Below are positions 11,886 to 24,120 of a DNA stretch of 64,000 nt, piece after piece. The stretch is from Camelus ferus. Taxonomy: Eukaryota. Location of the stretch: the NCBI RefSeq assembly GCF_009834535.1, contig NC_045697.1, positions 105,464,001 through 105,528,000 on the forward strand, written 5' to 3'. Every line of letters begins with the position of its first letter. Position 1 is the stretch's first letter. The notes beneath the pieces were generated by a model. That model searched no databases, was not told the DNA's origin, and saw nothing but the letters and a program-made list of their open reading frames with translations. The position numbers and the translations under genes are program-made.

Positions 11886-13686
11886 ATGAGCACAAAATAT
11901 CACTGAGAATTAGAACATTCTCTTTCATCTGAAATTTGGATGTGGCTAGCTACTTTTTTAATAGTCATATAAAAGTTAAATATGAAAGCAAATGGTAGTG
12001 ATCAAGAACGTGACATAAGTCCAGGGAGCTCCTTAGAGAATCCTCAGCCCCCGTGGGTCTCATTAGGAAGTAAGAATGATGTATGCTTCTCACATAAGCC
12101 TGAAAAGATTGTTTGATGCTCACCTGTCAGCATGGAGACATCCAGAATAATTACAGAAAACAAATGGAGATTTGACAAGTCCGAGATGTTCCGACAGCCG
12201 AGGAAATGACTAGAAGCAGGCTTGACTTTTTGGAATGAGTTCTCATCTCCCTAGTTTCTGTCGCGCACATGCGAACGCCTGTGTCTGTTAAGCAGTGGAT
12301 TGATTGTATAAACTCAACTGCTTATTTAACACCCCCCCCACTAATTAAATGTAAATTTGATGTAGTTTCTTATAGATTAAGATGGTAGAATGATGACGTG
12401 AATGCTATTATCAACCTGGTCACATGCTTTGTATCTGTTCTCCCTGTGATTTACGACCCATCAGTACAGGGCTCTGCATCATTCCTGGAGCAGTCACATA
12501 GCAATGAGAATTCTATTTGAGCTCACGGTCTGTTTCTACCACTGCCTGTGAGGAAAGCCCACGGTCCAATTCACAATCGGAGTTGCCTTCTTTGCTCGGA
12601 AGCCTATGGCATGCAAGCCTGTAATTCTGGTATGCATGACTCCATAGATGAGGAATTGGAGTCCTGCTTCAAGGGCTGGGCTCAGTGTTACTGTACAGCA
12701 CATGGCCACAGGGTTGCTGGGCAACGGAGTTTGTTGTCCCGCTGCTGGGATTCCCACTTCTGCTTCCATAGACGCGTGTTCCATAGCTGATCTGTGTGGT
12801 GTGTTCTAATTCTGTTTGAGGAAGGCGGCTGCCAGCAACCCAGGCACAGCAAGGGGGACTTTGGTTATCTAATATCTGTCCCTTTTGTTATAAGGTTAAA
12901 GAATAATGTAAGCCTTCCATTGTAAAGATGAGCTCTACTGATGTTATTGTAACAGTCTTGCTCGCCACCACCTGTTCAAAAATCTCCAACCACTGGCCCC
13001 TGTCCCACTCCTCTGCGGGTGTCCTAAGGTTTCATCTCTGAGGAGTCCGTGTAAAAGTAGCCGAGAGAGGATAAAGGAATGACATACGCGTCAGCCAGGA
13101 TGGTTTACTGGAAACGTATTTCAGACTAGTCTGACAAAGGAAGTCACTTACTAATGAATTCCACGTGGATGTGACGAAGTTCTTTAGGACACGGGTCATC
13201 TCTGCCCAAAATACACAAATCTAGAACTACTTTCATACACTGTCCTGTGAGGAATTGGAGCTATTTCTACATGATGAGATTGGCAGTGGTTGCGATTGGA
13301 GGAAAAAATACTTAGAACTTTATACTGCCTAAGAAATGCACTATCACATAAACAGAAAATTTTAACATTGTCTTTTCCTGCTGCTTTGAAAATATGAGAA
13401 ACGTCTTGTTCTACCCTCAGATTTCCACACCATTACAGCAACAGGGCAGGAGGTGCCTTTCAACTTCTTTTACTCAGTGTCTACTGTTTCTCAACCTTCT
13501 TTTTAGTGCTTTAAAACATTTTTATCAATCAATTTTAGTATGCCAGGAGTAGTAAAATTTTTATTTGCTTATGGATTATAAATGAAGAATATAACACATT
13601 TAAAATGATTAAGGACAACCAGATTCAAATTAAAGGGAGAAATGTAAAGCAGAATTTCCCGGTTTCTTATGAAATGTAGTCTTCTA

Positions 13687-15932
13687 GAATGGTGTGCTGG
13701 AAAATGTTTAACAACTGGCTCTGGAAGTAGATGGAGTCTTTATAAATTTTTTTTATTAAACTATACTTGACTTATAATTTTGTTAGTTTCAGGTGTATAG
13801 CAAAGTGATTCAGTTATCTATCTATCTATCTATTCTTATTCAGATTATTTCCCTTTATAGATTATTACAAGATATTGAATATAGTTCCCTGTGCTACACA
13901 GTAAATTCTTGTTTAATGATTTTATATATAATGGTGTGTATCTGTTAATCCCATACACCTAATTTATCCTTACCCCCTTTCTCCTTTGATAACCATACAT
14001 TTCTTTTCTATGTCTGTGAGTCTGTTTCTGTTTTGTACAAAAGCTGATTTGTATTATTTTTTTAGATTCTACATATAAGTGATATCATATAATATTTGTC
14101 TTTCTCTGACTTACTTCACTTTGTATGATAATCTCTAGGTTCATCCATGTTGCTGCAAATGGTAATAGTTCATTCTTTTTTATGGCTGAGTAATATACTA
14201 TTATGTATATATACCACATCTTCTTTACCCAGTCATCTGTTGATGGACACTTAGGTTGCTTCCGTGTCTTGGCTATTGTGAATACTGCTGCTGTGAACAC
14301 TGGGGTCCATATATCTTTTAAAATTAGAGTTTCCATCCTTTTCAGATGTATGCCCAGAAGTGGGATTGCTGGATCATATGATAACTCTAATTTTAGTTTT
14401 TTAAGGAACCTCTATACTGTTTTCCATAGTGGCTGCACCAATTTACATTCCCACCAGCAGTGCAGGAGGGGTCCCTTTTTCTCCATACCCTCTCCAGCAT
14501 TTGTTACTTGTCGACTTTTTAATGATGGCCATTCTGACCAGTGTGAAGTGATACCTCAGTGTAGTTTTGATTTGCATTTCTCTGATAATGATACTGAGCA
14601 TCTTTTCATGTGCCTGTTTTCCATCTGTGTATCTTTGGAGAAATGTCTATTTAGGTCTTTTGTCCATTTTTTTGATTGGGTTGTTTGTTTTTTGATATTG
14701 AGTTGTATGAGCTGTCTGTATATTTTGGAAATTAAGCCCTTGTCAGTCGTATCATTTGCAAATGTTTCCTCCTGGTCTGTAGGTTGTCTTTTCGTTTTGT
14801 TTATGGTTTCTCTTGTTGTGCAAAAGCTTATTAAGTTTAGGTCTCATTTGTTGATTTTTGCTTTTGTTTCTTTTGCCTTGGGAGACTAATCTAAGAAAAT
14901 ATTACTACAATTTATATCTAAGAATGTTTTGCCTATGTTCTCCTCTAGGAGTTTTATGGTGTCATGTTTTATATTTAAGTCTTTAAGTCACTGGGAGTCT
15001 ATTTTTGTGTATAGTGTGAGGGAATGTTCCAACTTCATTGGTTTACGTGCAGCTGTCCAGTTTTCCCAACACCACTTGCTGAAGAGACTTTCTCCGTTGT
15101 ACGTTCTTGCCTCCTTTGTTGAAGACTTTTTTGACCAGAGGTGTGTGGGTTTCCTTCTGGGCTCTCTATTCTGTCCCATTGTCTGTTTTTGTGCCAACAC
15201 CCTGCTGTTTTGGTTACTGTAACTCTGTAGGATTGTCCGAAGTCTGGGAGGGCTGTGCTTCCAGCTTTGTTCTTTTCCTCAGGATTGCTTAAATGATGCT
15301 GGGTCTTTTGTGATTCTACATACATTTTAGTATTATCTGTTCTAGTTCTATGAAAACCGTCATGGGTAATTTGATAGGGATCTCATTAAATCTGTCTTTT
15401 GCTTTGGCTAGTATGGCTATTTTAACAATATTAATTGTTCCAGTCCAAGAGCATGGGATATCTTCATTTATTTGAATCATCTTCAATTTCCTTTACTGAT
15501 GTTTTATAGTTCTCAGTGTGTAAGTCCTCCACCTCCCTGATCAATTTTATTCCTAGATATTTTTGATGCCATTTAAAATGGGATTGTTTTTTTACTTTCT
15601 CTTCCTGATATTTCAACTGATTTTTGTATATTGATCTTGTATCCTATTAGCTTGCTGAATTCATTTATTAGTTCTAATAGTCTTCGTGTGGAGTTTTTAG
15701 AGTTTTATATATAGGGTATCATGTTATCTGCATATAGTGACAATTTTACCTCTTCCCTTCCAATTTGGATATAGTAGATGGAGACTTGACTTACAGTGTT
15801 TGCTGATTTCCGTAGTGTGACTATTACTTCCATGGCTGATTTCAAGCTACCAATCCAATGTTACTGAACCCACAGTTGGAAAGAAATGTGTACAACTGTG
15901 TTTCTGTGCAAGCTGGCTTCAGCACACCACAG
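13687..15932. mobile_element. MER63A (hAT-Blackjack) split by an L1 insertion (parts 13687-13740, 15773-15932)
   Basis: TIRs TGGTGTGCTGG / CAGCACACCA; ATGTTTAACAACTGGCTCT and CATGGCTGATTTCAAGCTACCAA internal motifs. Confidence 0.85.
13741..15772 (-). mobile_element. 5'-truncated L1 (~2.0 kb; ORF2 3' part + 3'UTR)
   Basis: T-tail at ~13747-13754, antisense ORF2 motifs; 15-bp TSD AGTAGATGGAG(T/A)CTT at 13726-13740 and 15773-15787. Confidence 0.95.
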
Positions 15933-16406
15933 CTACTAGGTGTTATTAGGAATTTCAGGAAGAAGGTTTTCATAGTTTAAAAATTTGGGGGAAAACTGAG
16001 TGATGTTAAACATGTGGGAATTTTTACAACATTTAAAATACTAATTTGCATTTTGAAGTTCTAAGATATTCTTTATACTTTATTTGACAACTAAACATTT
16101 TAATTGGAACACCTGTTAACTTGTAGTGGGACACTAGTCCTCCAGGAAATACAGTTTAGAAAATGTATAAGTTAAAGTTTTAATTTTTGTGTTTTTAACC
16201 TTTTAACATTTTAGTTCTTGTAAGATACAATAGCAATATCAAATCAAATTAATAAATCAGCAATAGAAATTTAAAGTTAAACTCTCTTTTAATTCCATTT
16301 CCCTGAGTTAATCAATGCTAAGGACTTGATGTATGTCACTACATACTGTTACCATATAAGTATATAAAAATTAGATCTACATATATAATAGAATTTCCTC
16401 ATTACC

Positions 16407-16605
16407 TTTTTAAAAATTGAGATATAATTGACATATAACATTATATTAGTTTTAATTGTGCAATGTAATGATTCAATACTTGTATATAATGTGAAATGAT
16501 CATCACAATAAGTCTAGTTAACATCTATCACTACACATGGTTACTATTTCTTTTCTTGTGATGAAAAATTTTAAGATCTACTCTAGCAACAACTTTCAAA
16601 TATGT
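16407..16605 (-). mobile_element. L1MA9-like 3'UTR tip
   Basis: AATTGAGATATAATTGACATATAACATT...TTTTAAGATCTACTCT. Confidence 0.8.
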
Positions 16606-16716
16606 GTCTCTTTTCAAAAAACACATTACTCTGCCACTTAAAAATATTTTAAGCTTCTTATTATAAAATAAAACATAGAATCAGCAAACCACACAGAACA
16701 AGTATGGAGCTCAATA

Positions 16717-17020
16717 CAGTGGTTCTCAGACTTTAGTACACATCTGCAAACCTAGAGGGCTTGTCAAAGCACAGATTGCTGGGTCCCCTCTTGAGAGTCA
16801 CTGATTCAGTCTTCAATTTTAATCTCTGAGGAATTCATGTAAAAGTAGCTGAGAGAAGATAAAGGAATGACATACGTGCCAGCCAGGATGGTGTTTACTG
16901 GAAATAGTTCAAACTAGTCTGACAGAAGAAGTTGGGCTGGGATCTGAAGAATTGCATTTCTGTCAAGTTCCCAAGTGATGTTAATGCTATGGATCCGTGA
17001 TCATGTTTGGAGAACCTTAA
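16717..17020. mobile_element. MER5A (hAT-Charlie MITE) carrying a ~125-bp foreign insert at its centre; sits in an L1ME 3' fragment
   Basis: CAGTGGTTCTCA...GAGGGCTTGTCAAAGCACAGATTGCTGGG...CTGATTCAGT | insert | GGGCTGGG...GAATTGCATTTCTG...GAGAACC. Confidence 0.9.
16809..16932 (+). repeat. Dispersed direct copy of 13021-13144
   Basis: Manual alignment: about 16 mismatches and two 2-bp indels over about 124 bp. Confidence 0.92.
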
Positions 17021-17164
17021 TCTTAGTGAATCATTTATAAGATGAACACCTGGTAACTACAATGCAGGTGAAAAACAGAACTTTGCTGCCATAGCCCATT
17101 CTAACAAGAGTTCCCCTCTCCCTTCCATGGTAACCAGTATTCTGACTCTTAAGGTAATCACTTT

Positions 17165-19872
17165 TCTTTTCTTATTGCATTAGCTAGGAATTATAGTGCG
17201 ATATTGAAAAGCAGTAGTCAGAGGGGACAAACTTGCCCTCTTCATGATCTTAGGGGGAAAGCTTCAAGTTTCTCACCATGAGCTGTAGGTTTTTAATAGA
17301 CATTCTTTATCAAGTTGAGGAATTCTCCTCTATTCCTGGTCTTCTGAGAGATGTTATCATAAATGAGTGTTGGATTTAATCAAATGCTTTTCCTCCATCT
17401 ATTGATATGATCATCTTAATTTTTCTTTACCCTGTTGATGTGGTGATTTAAATTAATTTATTTTCATGTGTTGAGCCAGCCTTTCATCCCTGGAATAAAT
17501 CCCATTTTATCTATCTCATGTGTATAATTTTATAACAGTTTATCATGGTGTATAATTCTTTTTATACATTGTTGAATTCGATTTGCTAATATTTTGTTAA
17601 GAATTTTTGCATATATGTGCAAAAGAGATATCCCATGAGAAATATTGGTCTGTAGTTTTCTTTTCTTGGAATGTCTTTATCTGGTATTGGTATCAGGGTA
17701 CTTTTGGCCTCATAGAATGAGTTAGGAAGTATTCCTTCTGCTTCAACCCACCAGTTCAGTTTCTGGTGAGAGCTCTCTCACTAACTTGTAGATTGCCAAC
17801 TTCTCAGTGTGTGCTGACATGGCCTTTTCTCAATGCATGCATGGAGAGAGAGAGAGAGAGAGAGAGGGAGGAGGAGGGGGAAGGAGGGGAGGGGGGAGGG
17901 GAGAGGGAGAGGAAGAGAATGTCTTCCTCTTCTTATAAGGCCATCAGTCCTATCAGATTAAGACCCCCACACTCATGATCTCATTTAACCTTAATCAAAC
18001 TTCTATCTCCAAATACAGTCATATGGGAGTTTAGGGCTTCAACCTATGAATTTTACAGGGACACAATTCAGTCCAAGGTATCTTCACTGATTCCTTTTCT
18101 AATACTCTTAATGTAGATCCAAGTTTCTGATTTATATCATTTTTCTTCTCTCTGAAGAGCTTCTTTAAATATTTTTGGTAAGGCAGATCTATTGGCAACA
18201 AATTTTCTCAATTTTTGTTTGAGAAAGTCTTTATTTCTCTTTCACTTTTAGAGGATAATTTCACAGGAAAGATCATTTCACAGAAGGAAAATTTCTAATT
18301 TGGTAGGGTTTCTTTTTTTTCTCTCAAAACGTTAAATATTTCACTTCACTCTCATTTTGCTTGCATGCTCTCTGAGCAGAATCAGATGTAATTCTTATCT
18401 TTTCTCCTTTATAAGTAAAATGTGTTTTCCTCTTTTTCCAAGATGTTTTCTTTATCACTGATTTTCTGTAGTTTGAATATGATTTGCGTAGGTGAAGTTT
18501 TCTTTGCATTTAACATGCCTGTTATTCTCTGAACTTCTTGAATCTGTGGATGGTGCCTGATATTAACTTGGGAAAAAAATCTCAGTCATCATTGTTTCAA
18601 GTATTACCTCTCTTCTCTATCTCTTTCTTCTCTAGTATTTCCGATAAACATGTGTTACGCATTTTGTAGTTGTCCCACAGTTCTTGGTAACCTATTCTGT
18701 TTTGTTTTTCAGTATTTTTTTTCTCTTTGCTTTTCAGTTTTGAACATTTGTATTATCATATCCTCAAGTCTGAAGATTCTTTCCTTAGTTATGCCCAGTC
18801 TACTAACAAGCTCATTAAAGACATTCTCCATGTATGTTCTTGTGTTTTTTAAATTTTAGCATTTCTTTTTGGGGTCCTCGGTAGGATTTCCATCTCTCTG
18901 CTTACATTATCTGTTTGTTATTGCATGCTGGGTGCTTTCCCCATGAAAGCACTTAGCATACTAATCACAGTTAAAAAATTATGGTCAAAAATTCTAACAT
19001 TCCTACCATATGTGACTCTGGCTCTAGTGCTTGTTCAATCGTTTAAACTGTGCTTGTACTTTTTAGTATGTCTTGTAATTTTTTCTTGAAAGTTGAGCAT
19101 GTTTTACTGAATAAAAAGAACTATTATAAATAGCCTTTACTGATGTAGTACCAAGGTGTAGGGGGAGAGAAAACTTTGGTAGTCTTGTTGTTAGGTCTCA
19201 ATTTTTAGTGAGTCTGTTCCCCTGAAATGTAAATTTCACCAGGGCTTCTCAGTGGTTTTTCCTCCCTTAGGTGGGACAGGATGGCCAGAGGGGGCTGGAG
19301 TTGGGCATTTCCCTTCCCCCAGGTCAGTTAGGTTCTGATAAAATTCTGCAGGTTATGCTTGGGTAAAACAGTTTCTCCTGAGGGCAGGCCTTGTTCAGAA
19401 GAAAATAATGCCCTGGCATATTTCAAGATTATTACTTTTACCCTTCTGTGGCTGTAAGCACAGGGGGGATTCTTCTCTGATATTTATGGAAGACCTCGCA
19501 GAGCTCCTGAAGGTGACATTCACAAAAGTGTGGGAGACCCCTGTGACTGGGTTCCTCTGGAGTTTTTAACTCTCAGAGTTGCCCACACTGAGCCTCCAGC
19601 AATGTCATTTATAGATCAGAGTTTCCTATGCCAGCATTGGTTTCTCTGGACTTTTCTGCTCATGTGTTTCTGCTTCAGTAAGTTGTGATTCTTTGTGTCT
19701 GACTGTCTGTCTCTTCAGTTTTGGAGGCAGCAGTTTGCCCTGTGACTTCACTTCTCCAATGGATCTGAGAAGAGTTGTTGATTTTTCAGTTTGCTTAGCT
19801 TTCTACTCTCTGTTATTAGGGTGGAATGGTAACTTCTAAGCTTCTTACATGCTGGACTGGAAACTGGAATTC
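17165..19872 (-). mobile_element. Old L1 (L1M4/L1MC-type 5'UTR and ORF1 at 18080-19872; ORF2 RT segment at 17165-17745), interrupted by MLT1A
   Basis: 5' end reads TTCCAGTTTCCAGTCCAGCATGTAAGAAGCTTAGAAG on the minus strand; antisense ORF2 motifs TTGGCCTCATAGAATGAGTTAGGAAG. Confidence 0.75.
17750..18078 (-). mobile_element. MLT1A-type MaLR LTR (partial) with internal GA/purine microsatellite
   Basis: CTCCAAATACAGTCA...AGGGCTTCAACCTATGAATTTT...GACACAATTCAGTCCA; (GA)n at 17844-17865. Confidence 0.85.
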
Positions 19873-19959
19873 TGCTTTGTGCCTTTATCACCCAAGTGAG
19901 AGTACCTAGACACTATTGACCAAGCATACTTTTTTTTTTCCAATTTGATTTATCTTTTA

Positions 19960-22330
19960 AATCCATAGAAAGCATTTGTTGAAGCATTCTGGCCATTTCA
20001 CCTGTAGAGTGTCCACAATCTTGCTGATTTCATAATGCTGGTGCAGTTTAACATAATCATTGCTATCTAACTGAAAATAACACAATCATTTGCCATCTAA
20101 TTGGCAGCTGGATCCAGAGGCTTGATCAGACCTACATCCAATAACTTTGTCAGGAATATTAGTGGTTTTGAGTTTCTTCAGCAGGAGACACTTAAATTCT
20201 GGCTTTTGTTCTATTCTTAAATCAGTTTTATTATGGTATAATTTATATACAATAAAATTCATCCATTTTAAATGTAATATTTGATGAGTTTTAATAAATA
20301 TATATAGTTAAAAAACTATCACAAAATGGTATTGAATATTTCCATCACTCCAAAAGTTGCCTACACCTCTTTGTAGTCAGACTTCTCTGCCCATCCACTA
20401 TTTCTTGAAAACCATTAACCTTTTCATCACTATAGTTCTGCCTTTTCTATAATTTCAAATAAACAGTCTCATACAATATATCTTTTGTGTCTGTATTCTT
20501 TCACATTACATGATGATTTGAGATTCACTTCTGCTTCTGTATGGATCAGTAGTTTGTTCTTTTATTATTATACAGTAGTATTCCACTGAATGGATTTAAC
20601 CCCAATGTATTAATCTGTTTACCAGTTGATGGACATTTAAGTTGTTTACAGTTTTTGGCTATTATGAATAAAACTGTGCTGAACATGTCTAGCTCTCAGA
20701 TAAATTCATGCAAACAGCAACCCAATACATATAATTTCTCTCCTGAACATGGATTCCCCACCTAACTCTGCCAGCTCTGGTTCACTTAGCAGTGCTTTTA
20801 AGCAGTTGCTTTTTGTATTATATCCAGAGTTTGTAATTGTTTTCTGATCTGTTATGAACTTAGTTTGCTGTTACCTAAAGTCTTTGTTCTCAAAATGATG
20901 ATATTGTTATTTTACTATTTCACTTATAATTTTATTTATTTAATTATATATTCTTTCATAAGAAGACAACCCTCATATTTACTATTTAACTATCCATGGG
21001 TATAGTTTATATTGGAAAGGCAGGATAAATGCTTAATTTTGTCTTCTAATTTATCCAGTTTTCAAGATAATGGATTGGTTTCCAGTCATCCTCAGAAGAT
21101 GACTGGTTACTTTTTAAGAATATATAATTTTGATTAATAACTAATAACCTTCCCAAACTGAAAACACCAGACTGGTGAATTCTATAAACATTTAGGAAAG
21201 AAACTTTACTAACTCTCTACAATCTCTTTCAGAAGACTGAAGCAGAGAGAATATTTCCAATATTATATGAGGTCAGCATTACCCTAATACCAAAACCAGA
21301 CAAAGACATTACAAGAAAACTGCAGACAAATGTCTTTTATGAACATACACACAAAAGTTCTCAATAAAATATTAGCAAATCAAGTCCAACAATATATAAA
21401 GAGAATTATACACCACAACTAAATGAAATTTATCTCAGGGAGCCAAGGCTGTTTCAATATTTGAAAATCAATTAATGTAATCCATCACATCAACAGGTTA
21501 AAAAAGAAAAAAATCACATAATCATATCAATATATGCAGAAAACACATTTGACAAAATCCAACACTCATTCACGATAAAAACTCAGCAACTAGGAGCAGA
21601 GGAGAATTTCCTCAACTTGATAAAGAACGTTTACAAAAAACCTACAGCTAAGGGTGAGAAACTTGAATCTTTCCTACTAAGATCAGGAAAAATGCTCTTA
21701 TTACTCCTTTTCAAGATTGTGCTGTAAGTCCTAGCTAATGCAATAAGACAAGAAAAGGAACATATCATTATGAAATAATGTATTTAAATGTTTGTTGAGT
21801 TTTAATTCATTGCAATTCTTTTTCTTACTGAAATTCAAAATTTCTATCTTTTGGATAGTAGACTCTCCTTCAAGTTGGCTTCTGAATTTTTTGACATAAC
21901 TGTAACTGTTTCTAATAGTTCCATGTCATCTAATATGTCAAGATATTATATGCCCATGTCATTCATTTCCTTTCACAAATCAGAATCAGTTATTTCTCCA
22001 GGAAGCACAACTTCTCTGTATTTATTGAGAAATAGTATTTCAAGACAACAATCTGGGCTCTATCGATGTTCATTGCTATTGGACTGACCATTGTTTCCAG
22101 ACCTCTTCAGTGGACAGTTAGGGCACATACACTCTCTCTCTCTTTAAAAAAAACCTCTTGTATTAGTGATATTTCCAATTCAAATTCAGAACAACAGGGT
22201 TTCTATTTAACCTAGTCTGTATTCCACTGCTATGTCCATTCTTACATTCTGAGAATCCTGTGAAGTCATAGGAAATGTTACAATTAAAATATCCCATAAT
22301 TACTCATTTGTTTTACTATACTTGCATATA
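19960..22330 (-). mobile_element. L1MC4/5-like 3'UTR pieces with nested L1MB-like 3' end (~20220-20690) and a plus-strand ORF2 fragment
   Basis: GATCCAGAGGCTTGATCAGA; TTCAAGTTGGCTTCTGAA; CCAGTTGATGGACATTTAAGTTGTT. Confidence 0.65.
21135..21760 (+). mobile_element. Old L1 ORF2 internal (RT N-terminal) fragment, tailless
   Basis: ACCCTAATACCAAAACCAGACAAAGAC...CCTAGCTAATGCAATAAGACAAGAAAAGG. Confidence 0.85.
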
Positions 22331-22499
22331 TGAGTTTTATAACAATACTAATATTACTACCACTAATCATTACTATTGAAAATAGTTAAAAGTAACTATA
22401 AAAATTTTTATAACTGCTATCTCCCTCTCTCTTTTTCTAGTTGTAATACATCTACATGTGAGATTCTATCATCTCTTTTCTAATCCTCATTTAGAATTA

Positions 22500-24120
22500 G
22501 TTCTGTATATACTTATACACTTACTTCTTGCCACTGATCTGTATGTAAATGTCTTTTTGGTCATTTTAGTTGCTTTAAGGTACTTTTCTAGTAGATTTCT
22601 TTTTTTTTTTTTCTAGTAGATTTCTTAAGAAGGACTCATGGGAACAATATTCCCTGAAATTCTCACATATTGATAAAATCTGTGCTCTATTTTTAAGGAT
22701 CTGTTTCACTGGATAGAAAAATATTTTGTTCATATTTTCTTTCTTTGAATACATTAAATATATTTATTTTCTTCTGGCATAAAGATATGATGTCAAAAAG
22801 TCTGATGACAATATACTCACAAGTCATGTGTTATTTTCTCCTGAACACCAAAGGCTTTTCATTTTCCTTTATTATCTACTAATTTAATTAAAATATCTGT
22901 TGTTCTGAGTGTATAAACTCAAGTACACATTATGCTCTTTCAATACATAGTTCCAAAGAAGATTTTATTATAACTTTAGGAAAGTTTCCATAAACTTTTA
23001 GTTTTGTTGTGTTGATTTCTTTTGTTAAGACTCCTGTTATCCATATATTGGATTTTTTTTTTTTTTTGCCTATCTTTAATTATATCACTGTCTGAAATAC
23101 TTTTATTTCTTTTCTTGTTTCCTTTTGGTTTACAAAACTCTTCCTCCTTTCATTTATTTTTTGAACCAATATTTGCTGTGTTTATTTACTCCTGTTTTCC
23201 TTCTAGATAGTCTTGATCTCTAAAATAATTTTATCTCTTATTTCTGATTCTTGAATTCTGTTATCTCAGTAAAGAATTTTTATAATTTTAAGTTACATTA
23301 TTTTCTATATTTTGTACTTTACATTTTTTTCTCTCTTTTTCATTTGTCTTTCTCCTATGTTTTTATTGTCTATAGAGATGTCATTCTGGTTATTATATTT
23401 TTCTGGAGTAACTTTGTAAGGGATTTGATTTCAATACTTTTATGTTGATCATTTTAATACAATTTTAGTTCCTCTGACTTTTTAGAAGGAGCTTGACCCA
23501 TATAGATTTCTGCCTTTTCTGTTTGTTTTTTTGTAGTGTAAAAACATGGCTTATTGCTTTCTAAGATTTCCTGGATTTATTCACTTTGCCCAATTTTATT
23601 TGCATCTTCTCTTTCCTTTGTCACTCTTATTCCTGTCCTCCTCAGTTTTTATTTTGCTTCCATCAGTTTTTCCTTATTGCATGGCCCTGTCCTAAAAGGA
23701 GCCCTGTTAATTTAGTTTCAAGGGTTCACAGGGGCTAGACTGCTCCAAACTCTTCAGGACTTACTGTGGTTCTTTGTACTTACACGCTACCATAGGGTAC
23801 AAAATTCTTCTGAGATGTAGCTACTGTTCTCACATTGGCCTGCCAAAGTTCAAGGTGACTGTTTTGTCTTATTCTATTCTTGGGCTAGTCAGGTGCATTC
23901 TTGCTTCCCTCTGCTTTCTCTCATAGCAACATCAATAACATTTAGATCTTGTGGCTATTGGTGGTTTGCCTCTGTTTGTATTTGGGGGTGCATAGTGCTA
24001 TGTCGTTAGCAATCTTTGTTGTAAACATTTTGTTTTTGCTCTCTAGTTACTTTGACTGTTTTAATGTGAGAATTTAGAAAGATCCAAAAGCTATACTATT
24101 GTCATGATCTTCCCAGAATT
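22500..24120 (-). mobile_element. HAL1 (half-L1) element
   Basis: TCTAGTAGATTTCTTAAGAAGGACTCATGGGAACAATATTCCCTGA; AAAAGTCTGATGACAAT. Confidence 0.7.

Larger units (their letters stand above)
13650..16168. mobile_element. MER103C-like hAT MITE split in two (13650-13686, 15933-16168) by MER63A + L1
   Basis: CAGAATTTCCC left end; GGAACACCTGTTAAC...GGGACACTAGTCCTCCAGGAAATACAGTTTAGAAAATG right end. Confidence 0.55.

Noticed and set aside
14203..14889. 228-aa plus-strand ORF
   Set aside because: Antisense frame of the L1 ORF2 3' end, a common artefact.
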